From: Ophelia neglecta
Taxonomy: Eukaryota
DNA: 64,000 nt
Assembly (NCBI GenBank): GCA_965285935.1
Contig: OZ260662.1
Location: forward strand, 44,268,001-44,332,000
Direction of reading: 5' to 3'
The notes under the pieces were generated by a model. It was not told the origin of the DNA. It did not search any database and saw only the letters and a list, made by a program, of their open reading frames with translations. How positions within the stretch are numbered: position 1 is the stretch's first letter; each line of letters starts with the position of its first letter. The position numbers and the translations under genes were made by a program. Shown here piece after piece: positions 1 through 11,354 of this stretch.

Positions 1-1085
1 CATGACTTGAGAGTCATATATAAGCTATTATCATTTGAAAGTGTGTTACTTGAAAGCATTCAATTGTTAATATGAAATTTCCGTATATGACCTGTGGGTC
101 GAATTGTATGTTGTTCATTCGAAAGTTTGCAACATAACATCGTTAACATTATAATTATTGTGAACACCCTGTGAAAGACCTGTTGGTCCTATTGTATTTG
201 TAATTAATTAAAGGCCTGTATAGCTTTAAACCTTGTATACAAGGTAATGGCAATAAACTTATTGATATAGACAATTAAAACGGGTATCTATAAATAATAG
301 TCAAAACGCCGAACATGACGGCAGATATGTTTACCATACCGACTTGATTTGGCTTTCTCTGATCTGCGAAAGTTCGCTCGCAAAAGTAGGCCGAAAAAAG
401 GGCAAAAGTCAGTTACAACGATGAGTATGTTGCGCCAAACATTTCGAATTTAACCTGCAAGCCCGCATGTTTATTAAGCATAGGAGAGGGTCACAATTGT
501 GTGAACTCTCTCCCCCCCCCCATCAAATGGTGACACAATTCTCCGACCCCCCCCCCCCCCAACCTCCGACGTCAATGATCTAAGGATCCCCTCCATCAGG
601 CTCCATGGTAAATGACCACCCCGTACTATCTATGCATAAATATCAACAGATTAACAAAAGAATCAGTGTTCTCGCAGGTTTGAACTAAAGACATGGTAGT
701 CACACGTAAACCGTTATGTAAACAATAATGTTCTATGTCAACAGAACATAATTATACTTGCAAAACAATGAATGTTATTCATTCGTCGATGTATGGTACT
801 ACACAGGAGTTCCCGGCTTGCAGCTTAAATTCGAAATGTTTGGCTAAAAATACTCGTCGTTGTTACTTAACTTTGCGAACTTTTGAGAGCGAACATTCGC
901 CGATCAGAGAAAGCCCTTGATTTCTAGGCATAGATTCCCAAATGCGCCGCACTGACGCGCTGAGTGCGAGTAACATTGTCTTCCCAACCGATACTGAATG
1001 TCCGACTTTCCACCCGTCATTACTCATTTAATTATGTTGCAGTTGTGGACTAGCTGATCGATCGTCTACCCTTATATTATGAAAA

Positions 1086-4000
1086 ATGCCTGGGGGACCG
1101 ACGATAGACAAGGGTTACTCGTGGGTGGTGCTAGCCGCCGCTTTCCTTCTCCATTTCCTAGCGGCTGGACACTTCGGGACATTCGGTCTGCTATTTGTGG
1201 AGCTTGTAGACTACTTTCAAGCCTCGAAGTCGGCAGTGTCATGGATTGGCGCATTCCAAATAGCCTCATATGGCTTATCAGGTAGACAGAATTGATTCTT
1301 ATCAATATAATAGAACTGGTCCGACTCGACAAGTTCCAGTTAGAAAGTGGAAATCAATCTTTAATATCAATTAATATTTTATTATATTTATTATTAATAC
1401 AAGTAGATATGAGCTGTATTTGCAACGATTGTAATGATCGTGCCTAATTGATATCTTATCTCTCTAACTTTTTCTGTACAGCTCTGCCTACGTAAAATGT
1501 CGAAATATAGTAACTATAATCTCCATGAATTTAATAGAGCAGTACTACCAAAAGATTGTTTTATATCACATGATTACCGGTTTAAAAGTTTTAAAAGAAT
1601 TAGTTCCCTGATTGGAAAATTCTCCCCCCCCCCCCCCCCCGAATATTAATTTTACTAAACCTAGTCCCAACCCAAAAGAGCCCCGGTATTGAAATACTAC
1701 TATTCTAAGCCCGCCGTCCTGAAACTACTCTAGATGCGGGCCACAGTGTTTGAATGGTCCTGAATCTTATTTTATTTATACTTCGTTGTATTGATGAGGG
1801 CTGAGTTCCTTGGATGATTTAAGGGATTGGAAAATCCAAAGAAAAATTTGCAAAACTTAATAACAAGTTTGACTATTATACCAAATGCTTTTGTCGATTT
1901 CTTCTGACCTATGGAGTTGCTGAATCCTAGCAATATATTGTGTTGTCTGAATGGTCAACTCGCGATACCCCGGATCCTCGTGCAGAACATCCCTGTCCTC
2001 GTTCAATGGTGACCATGTGAACAATCTAGGCCTTACATCGATTCCGAGACTGCCATCGGGCTATGATATTGGACTTTACCGTGTTACTGCAAATAACTAT
2101 ATGGCGCATCAGTCTTTAACAGTCTTGAAATTGTAAAAGAAATGTTCCAGGAAAGGCTTGGAAATAGCATATAAATCTATCAACAGTCCTCTACTCTAAC
2201 ACACATGCCTGTTTGAACTGTGAATTGTCTAAGTGCACATAAATGATAATAATGAACAATTAATATAAAATGGCCTCTTTTTTTCCTTAGGAATTTTCGT
2301 TGGACCAGTTATCAGTTTGGTGGGACCAAGATATGTTATTTTCGGGGGAACAACTTTGATTTTTATAGGATTTATAATAAGTAGGTTTGTTACTTACGTG
2401 CCCCTACTATACCTAACATTTGGAATTATTCCAGGTGAGCGAAATTTTATTTTATATGCATTTCATAATTATTATTTTATTAATTAGTCTTGTTTTTTTA
2501 TTTGTTTATGCCACAGTTAATTCTTTTTGTAGTTTGATTTGTCCAGGGATACCTGTATACGGCCTCATACATGTCAGTCATTATACATCTGTGTTGTTGC
2601 TTCTAATTCAGGTATTGGTTTTGGCTGCCTCCAAATGTCCGGTGGAATTGCTTGCCAGTATTATTTTGATAAAAAAAGATCTCTTGCTCTCGGTGTTGCC
2701 ATGACGGGTATTGGTATAGGAGCTTTCGCCTGGCCACCCTTGACGGCTTTTTTAATTCAGAGCACTGGTTGGAAGGGAGCGGTGCTGATAATTTCTGCCG
2801 TCCAGCTGCATGGCTGTGTTTGTGGTGCTATCATACGTTCACAAGAAACTCTCCCAGCTGGTTCTGAATCGATTGCAACAAAAGAACGAAAAGGTCAGAC
2901 GGATCAAAATAGCAGGAGTCCTGATGGAAAGAACAACAGGATGAATATAGTCACTCTAGAAAACCATTCAACGGAGACGTCCGTAAAAGGACCAGCTCTT
3001 TCCGTGTCGATGACTGAAGACGAGGCCGAATTGGAAGCAGAGCCTGGTCCAGAATCCCGCCTTTCGGAGTGTTCAGTGGCTGCTAAGTGTGAAGAAACCA
3101 AGGGAGGTGAAAGAGCCGAACAAAAAAAGAAAAAAATACCAAGATTTTATGACAGTGCCCTATTGACGGATTATGGTTATTGGTCTTTCATGTTTGGTCA
3201 GTATTTTGAGCAGGTAGGGCATTTTTTGCCTTTTACTTATCTGCCTGTGAGGGGACTGGCTATGGGAGAGGACGAGCAGACGTCTGCATTTCTAGTCACT
3301 TATCTCGCCATCACCTCGGTCGGTGTCCGGGTGGCGGCGGGACTTGTCGGGGACAGGGTAGGACGTCAGCGGATCTATGTGACCGGAGGCTCTATTGGCC
3401 TCGCTGGGGTGGTTACGGCACTCTCATTTCTTTGTCCCTCCTATGGGGCTTTAGTTGCATACGGAATGGCTTTCGGCTTAGCATCAGGCAAGTCTTTACC
3501 TTATTTGAAAAAACGGGTAAACTATAATATTGTATTTTTTAGCCGTTGCATTTACTGGCGGACAAAATCAGCGGTTTGCCATGGAGCATTCTATATACAG
3601 TGAAACCTGCCTTAAAGACCACCTCTATAATCAGACCACCTGTCAATTCAGACTACTAAACTGAGGATCCTGCTGTATACTTTCAATGTTAAATAACCTG
3701 TCTAAACAGACCACCTCCAAAATCAGACCAGCATATTCCAGTCCCTTTGGTGGTCTTAATTCACAGGTTTCACTGTATACGCTTAATTTTTGAAGGTTAA
3801 TTTGCATCTGTATTGATGTTTACAGGTGTGTATGCTGTACTGCAGCAGGCAGCCTTGGTAGATTTGTGGGGAGTAGAGAAGATAGCCGTCTGCACGGGAC
3901 ATATGTTCACCATGTCAGGGTTCGGCTCCCTGACCCTCCACCCCTTGACTGGTTAGATAATACCCTTCCAATTTATAGTGTCATCCACATTTCTTAACAT

Positions 4001-4919
4001 CATTAAACTTTCATGTATTATATCATTATTTTACTATACACTTTTCATGTGTAAGCATTACGTCGACCCACCGTATATCATAAATACAGCAAACCTTGAC
4101 CTAACTATTGTTGCCAATGCCTGTTGTCCTTCTATTTGTACCGAAAAGCTTTCATGCTTCTGTGATGGTTTGTCTGATTTTCCTGCGTGATCAGTTTGAT
4201 TTCGCTACTTCACTCCATTATCAAAGGAACGTTAGGCTGCGGTCTCAGGAATCAACCTTTTATATTTCAAAAACTTCCTTGACCCCAGAAGCAAAGGGTA
4301 AGAGAGGGTTTGCTTAAAGAATTAATGGTGTGCTTCTATTAAATAATAATTCTTCCAACTACCACCCCCCCCCCCCCCTCCCCGGATTCTCCCATAAACT
4401 TAATGTCATGGATAGTTCCAAGTAATAATCACTACTTCCTTTATCCAACACGGGGACATATCAAACATAAAAGGTCAGTAAAGTCATAATTGATAATTGT
4501 GTTGACAAGTTGAGCCTAGTCCATTTAATCGTTTTAAATTGGTAAATGACCTTAAACGAGGCCATGACATTGACCGCATTTTGGTACGGCGCACATGCAT
4601 GGCCAAATGTATGATTATAATTGACCTTATACCGACCTAGTAGACCCCAGGACATGTATTATACCAGCTATGCTTATTCCTGTTAATCATTGCTCATTTT
4701 ATATCCTCAGGACTTCTACTGGACAAGATAGGAGATCCGGCCTACCCCTTTCTTGTCCTCGGCTGCATGCAAGCGTTAGGAGGAATTTGTGTATTGGCCG
4801 CTCCTTTCCTCAAAAGAAAACCCCAAACCGATCATACTACTTCGAATGTACAGAGAGAAATCAACCATGTTCCGGATAAAGTTCGTTTACAAGGGAGTTG
4901 TGTTTCCCTTAATATATGA
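1086..4919 (+). CDS. Monocarboxylate transporter (SLC16/MCT family, MFS), 5 coding exons, 516 aa
   Basis: Exons 1086-1281, 2291-2434, 2612-3487, 3826-3951, 4711-4919. All introns are phase 1 and the total is 1551 nt, ending TGA at 4917-4919. MCT signature DKGYSWVV near the N-terminus, YYFDKKRSLALGVAMTGIGIG, large hydrophilic central loop, LVDLWGVEK. Intron 3 donor is GCAAGT. Confidence 0.93.
3598..3775 (+). mobile_element. 178-bp MITE (Tc1/mariner/pogo-like termini), copy 1, in MCT intron 3
   Basis: TIRs CAGTGAAACCTG...CAGGTTTCACTG with TA on both flanks; internal AGACCACC repeats; two more copies in the window. Confidence 0.9.
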
Positions 4920-5379
4920 AAATGATTATAACAAAGAAAAAAGAATCTTATTTACCTAAAATCGGTTGCTATAGTAAATGAAATAAATAGAAAAAATAAA
5001 CTTGAAAATGGGCCCCATTTACATTTTATCTCGTTCTGCAGCTGTATTAATTTTCGAACTATGTATTGGTAAATGTTAAAATAATAATTATTTGCAATGA
5101 TTAGGCTTTGCAGCTGATCATCATTACAAACCAAGGGAATATTCTCAAACGACCCATCACTACTTGGTGGGTGTTAAATTGTCGGCAATCAGTGTACGTG
5201 TATCATTGTAGCTAATCTCATTATATTTTACTTATCTGCATATCAACTTATTGAATACCAGAAGGGGCTCTCTCAGTTTTCCACTGTTTTTTAACGGGCT
5301 AAAATTACACATTAAAAACAAAATAGTTTCGATATCCATAATCAAACACTGTTGTTTTGCCAGTATATACTAATATAGA

Positions 5380-5850
5380 TCAGATGCGAACATACAGAAG
5401 AATCGAATATGCAGAAATATGGAATAAGTCGAATTGGCCGAAATACCAAATTTATACCGTTTATAGAATTTTCGGAATTTGCCGATATTGCTATGTAGTT
5501 ATGGGTAAAATCTACATGAAAAGTTCGGTATTTCAGTTACCATGCATGTAAAAAAAGGATAATAAAATTTGATTTATTATCCTTTTTTTTACATGCATGT
5601 AGGTTTTACCCATAACTACATAGCAATATCGGCAAATTCCAAAATTTCTATAAGCGGTATAATTTTTATTATCCTGGAGAAAAGAGTAAGAATTGCACGT
5701 ATTTCGATGTATTTTGCACATTCGGTGTCTCAGTTACGTTCTGCACGTTCGGCAGTTCGGGTAGTCAATAATCTTTCGGCACTTCGGCTATTTCTGCGCC
5801 TTCGATCCTTCGCCTACATTTTGTAAATTCGGCAGTTCGACTACTCTCTA
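5380..5850. repeat. Foldback/palindromic element with nested inverted repeats
   Basis: Arms 5452-5518 and 5596-5662 are near-perfect reverse complements, as are inner arms 5541-5566 and 5573-5599. CGAA-type motifs on the left flank are mirrored by TTCG motifs on the right. Confidence 0.8.
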
Positions 5851-6790
5851 TACTCTTTGGCTGCCTTCTCTTTGAACTCTTTATGCACTCCCACGGCTTT
5901 GACACTTTCGTCTCTTGCTCGGCAGCTCCACATGTGACTTTCTTGCGGTGTTAGTCACTAATGTGTCACATTAGGCAAATCACTTCATTCTGCAATTTCG
6001 TCACATTGGCTGTTTTCTTCACACTCGCTGCTTTCTACACTGTTGACACTTTTGCTGGCCATTCCTTCGATTTATTCTGCATGTTCGCTGGTTGATTTAC
6101 CTTCTCTGCTTTGCATATCTTTGCTCAGTTTAAGCACTTTCCATGCTTTGTACACTTTCGATAATAAGGTTGCTTCTGTGCTTTCCCTATCGTATATAAT
6201 TATATAGCCTATACTAACGTTTCTCTCTTTGACATTTAATTTGTAATGGAGCGTATATCAATATATTGGCTATGAATATACAATTGATTCCTATTTTGCC
6301 GGAACTACTTTGGTACCCAGTAGTGCAATCGTTGTATTTAAATATGCTCTTGGGCGTTGTTCAGTTGTGGAATAGTTGATGCATCAGCTATAGCTTCAGT
6401 TCATCACTTGTATGTGTGGCTCAATGACTGACGGGGAAGGGACCTTTATGTTGAAAATCCCGGTGAAGAGCACATTGTAGGTTTTGTTACTCAACCATAG
6501 GGTCACATACTCCCTTAACTGTGTTCACTATTATGTAAACTATTGGTTTTGTTGTACAATTGCGGGTATTGTGATACCTTTTACGCAATACGATATACCC
6601 ATTAAAACAATATACATTGTAAAAAAAATCAATTATTTGTTTCTGTTTTATGGTACGAAATATTTAATTCTAAATATAATGTTATTCTCAATGTTTTCTA
6701 AATACCACAACCTTAACCTTGAAGAGAAAGTGTGACTTTCGACGTACCGTTCTTATTTATCTGACGCACTTTTATTAATACATCATTGAT

Positions 6791-7235
6791 ACACCTACCA
6801 AGCAGAATATTCTCACGCGGTACCGGGGCGCGCAAGACTATTAACACTTTTGTCGAGGAGAAGATGACACAGACTTAGTTAGAAATACTCTTTTTTTTCC
6901 GCTGCCTGACAGGAGTTCAAATCAGTATCAATAAATGTAATATTCTTGGCTTGGTTTCGGTTTCGGTTTCGGGTGTTGGTTCGTTAACAAATACGCTCGG
7001 ACCACATTAACAATCCAACATGGCGTGCGTGTTTTTAAGTATGTTTGACACTGGCGGTGCCGCCCCGTATGCTCAACCTTCTTTGCTCAGTGTTACTGTT
7101 GATGTGGTCCGAGCGTATATTTTATGAAACCGAAACTTTAAATGTCGAAACAAAGCCAATTCGGAAAAAGCAAAAAAATGTCAACTGCCTCGCGCGTTCC
7201 CGGTACCGAGTGAGCAATTTCTGCTGGGTAGGTGT
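6791..7235. mobile_element. Non-autonomous DNA transposon with about 55-60-bp imperfect TIRs
   Basis: Left ACACCTACCAAGCAGAATATTCTCACGCGGTACCGGG versus reverse complement of right end ACACCTACCCAGCAGAAATTGCTCACTCGGTACCGGG; possible TA TSD if the element is 6798-7228. Confidence 0.75.
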
Positions 7236-7331
7236 GATAAAGCTCTTCTTCGACCTTGTATAAAAGAAGGCCATCGTCAAATACCATTATTTTTTTGTAA
7301 AACATGTTCTTGAGCATCTTTAGGCCCCCAA

Positions 7332-9628
7332 TTAGACTAGTCGGTTAATGAAATTTCGGCATCTTTCAACGACTAAGAGCATCACAGCGCTGACAGGGAC
7401 AGACCTCATTAAACAAGGGGTGAATCCTCGAAAAAATGTCCTCGAACCTCCCTCGATGTACAGAGTCCGGGCACAGTGGAAAATGCCTCGGTATTTCCGG
7501 TTTCGAATATCGGAGTCGTCTGATTGGAGAGACGATTTGATGACGTCAAGGGGGTATGTGCACAGCCAATACGTCAGCCCAGCCAATCCTCCCGTGTACA
7601 AGTGTTGATAAAAGGTCAGGTCTGCTACAGTGCCTCCTGGAGGCACGACCATGTCTCGGGACCACTCATAAAAACCTATTTAAGCCATCGTAAATTAGAA
7701 AATCTCATAATTTCAGCAAGATATCTTGTAATTAATAGGCTTCAAACATTGTTTCATTCTCTCTAACGTTAGTATTGACAAAAGGTGAAGTAACATTTTA
7801 ATGTTCATTTACAATGAAACAAGATAGTTCGTTGATGAAGGCTTGACATTTCATGGAGGTTCTGCTAGACGCTATAAACGATATGACCCACCAAAAGCAA
7901 ACCCGAAGGCGGGGATATTCCTCAGTATGGTTGCTGACAACCCCTGGTACACTCCCCGGACTTTGTGCTGGACAGCTATATCATATCCGGCATGGAACAC
8001 ATGTCGGTACTGTGGTTCAAGGCCCTGAGACCGAGCGCGTATAATTTGGATTTGCATCTTGGTTTTGAACTAAAATTAATTTTAAACTTTTAGTTTGTAG
8101 AAATTAATTCTAGCAATAGTTTTAAAAAATAACGAATAAGAAAGTGTTGGTAATTCCAATTGATAAAGTTTTTAAATATATGTATGAAATTTTTACTGGT
8201 ATTCGTTAAGGAGTATTGGTTAGTAGTATAGGCGTACCAAGTCGATGGGGCACTCAACAATTGAGACTGCCAGGCCAGTTACGGCGCCACAGATAAAATA
8301 TTCATGTGTGCTAAGGCGTTGTCCCTTTCTCCCTTCACCCGCCAAAGACGCTCCAACCTATTAATGAATTATCATATCAAGCCTTATCTAGATGTATGAA
8401 TGAGTTCGTCAATTTATCTCTATGATAATTATTCAGCCCTTTAGATGAATAGTATTACGTTATCTCACAAGGTTTAAGAATTTGCTCGAATGTTAGGTCT
8501 ACCTGATAGTAAGTAGTAAACAGCGTGGCTCTGAATATCATTTGTCCCGTGATTGGTGAGCCTATCGCAATAGAAATTGTAACGGTTTAAGGGTCATTTC
8601 ACCAGCTAAATGTGTATACGAGCTACTCACAATATATAACAGTAGTATTAAAATAGAACATGATGTCTGTGTTAAATTAGGCGTCTGTAGAGACCTATAG
8701 CCAAAGGTAATCTGTGGCGATTTGGAATAACCTTTGCCTGAGTAGAAACTAATGTAGGCCTATAGGTAGTGTGTCGTCATTTGGAGCAACTGAGGTCTCT
8801 AGAATCCACAGAGGCCTACGCAGAGGTTATACTTATTTCCCGTGATTTTGACTATATAACACAGACTTATGTAGCTACTTGATACGGGCTATAGGTAAAC
8901 CTTATCTGTGTTTATTTTTACTAACTCGGCCCTCTTTATACAACTAAATAAGGTGATAATTAATAGATGCGTTGATGTTGACCAACCTTGACATTTGTAG
9001 ACAACTGACACAAAGAAGTATGGCGAATTTAACTAAAATGGGCTTAGAGCTGTGCTTAGTTTAATTATCATAAGTTATCCGTGGTGATTATGAATAAGCC
9101 GGTCTTTTGCAGACAGCCATTAGTCAGTTATTAAACAGGGGTAATTTGTGGTGATTTCGCCTCATCTGGTCTTCTTTAGAAACCAATACACAGGTAATCC
9201 GTGGTGATTGTCTAACCAAGTTCATTCTATAGACAGTCATAATTCATTCATCTATGACGATTTTAACTAGTATTTAACCGAGGTATAATGTGTTACCTTT
9301 CACTAATCTACAGCTAGGCTTCTGTTGATATTTCTGTCAATTTTAGAGGCAATCTGAGGGCAATCCGGACTCCATTTTAAAGGCAATCTGCTGGTGATTT
9401 GGACTAACCTAGACCCTTGTAGAGACCTCCTATTCCTTCCCACTTCAGGGTCTTGACGAAGCAGTCCCCCACTCCAGTGTATACAGGGTTGTGAAGAGGC
9501 TGGGTTTGAAGCCTGACCTTGACCGTGTCAAAAGGATGGCCGATCAAAACCCCGGCTATTCCCGACACAGTCCCTGATATGGAGTTCTTCACTGTTCGGC
9601 GAACAAACGTTTCTTCGTTGTTTACCAT
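7332..9628 (-). CDS. Mitochondrial carrier (SLC25), carnitine/acylcarnitine or basic amino-acid carrier-like, 5 exons, 306 aa
   Basis: Exons 9628-9409, 8561-8503, 8357-8238, 8069-7892, 7675-7332, all GT-AG, 921 nt in frame. Three PxDxxK signatures: HPFDTVKVRLQ, CPIDLFKTKMQ, YPLDVIKSSLQ; also LYKG/VYQG/FFRG motifs. Confidence 0.93.
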
Positions 9629-11354
9629 GTTGTATTGGTCGCGCGTTAATGATTATTAAAAGCCGTTACACACTATGACTGTCCTTAGCACAATTTCACT
9701 TAACGGTTTTTCAATGCTCACATGTTGCATTTCACCTTTACACTTTAAAATAAATAACCTACATTATCCCCTGTCCCAGCAGGTAATGTTTTCAAGAACT
9801 AGCTGCGGTTCGCCTGTAGGTGGCGGTAATTGACTACTATTATTATACCATCATACACTTTATGGCAAGAATTGTTAGATTAGGAAGTTGACTTTCGACC
9901 TATCGATACATGTAAATGGTTGTACATTGGACTATTTAGTGCACTGGATTGATTAACTAAACTAGATGATCAGGGAATGTAAATTTAGCCGACCCGTTAC
10001 AACGCAAACAAATTTACCGCTGTTTGATACATAAAAAAGAGACTAAACTATGGTTTTATCACTCAGATAAGGCAAATAACAATTTATTTGGATATTTAGC
10101 CCTCTTACATGGAATAAATGACATTTGTTTATCTGTTTCTATAGCATTTATATTCGTATCCTTTGATTTGACAATAAAAGGTCACTTCTCCCTTTTGTAG
10201 CAGAGGTGATTTCCCGTACCCATGTATATCTGCAAATAGATCTCGCATCATCTTGTTGTGAAAGCAGCGTGCAGAGAAAAACGTTCTTTTGTACGAGAGG
10301 GGGACCATTCTTAGATAAAAACAAACCTATATTACCGTCACTGATTTAACTCAAAATAACATTCGAATCATCTGTATTAATTTTACAGGGTGATTGCCAA
10401 ACACGAAATGCTTTGTTTCCATATAATTTTAGGAGGAGCCCGAAATGGTCGATTTATAGTAAACAGTAATCTTTCCTACTACCCAGCTCCGGATTACAGA
10501 CCCTTATCCATAACACAAGCCTTATTAAGAGTTAAGATGTGGATATGAATTGTAATTTTTGTCAATATTGTTGTATAAATCACAAGTAGGTCTTTACAGT
10601 TTTCATATCTTTGTGCCATGAAGCACAGAGCGGGTGAAAGCTTCTGACACTTTGGGCGTTTCAATAACACGTTTGAGCATGTATATGGGGGGGGGGGGGG
10701 GGGGGTAAATATTCAAATTTTACTACCACAGTACACTGCCGTAATAATTCTACTACGGAATGGCCGTAGCTGTCGTATATTAAAATATTATTATTTGATC
10801 ACAGACTCGTAAAGAATAACTACCTGCTCCGGAAGTTGTATTAGTTAGTGAGCCGGATCCCGTTGTAAATCTGAGACTATAGATGATGTTTTACGTTATA
10901 TTATGTTGAAGAGCTCCAATAAGCCTACGGGCGGCTCTATTGTACGTAGGAAAATATTAGTGTGATGAAAAATCAACATTCAGTGAAATCAGTTCATTAT
11001 AACGCGTCCGAGGACTTGGGATTTCGGGGGGGGGGGGGGGGGGGGTCGGGAGGGTCCACTTTTGGAAGATGGGCTTGGTATCCCTATAGGCCTTCCACAG
11101 AGAGGCCTGGGGGCTAAGACCACAAACCCTTGTAGGAGGTGATACGTCTTTCACACCATTGGTTCCCTTCTCTGTAACTTGTATAACATAGAAAGATCTG
11201 AACCCCTAGCCACTCTAAATCCGCCACTGCTACATCTACAGGAATTAAACTGGCTTGATTCTGGACAACATCTAAGTCGAAAGGAAGGTACACACATTCT
11301 ACTGTTATTCATATCTAATTATAACAAAGTTTAGATAACTATTAGTTTAATAAG

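Noticed and set aside
2539-3603. 354-aa ORF as a stand-alone gene
   Set aside because: It is MCT exon 3 (2612-3487) with read-through into both introns.
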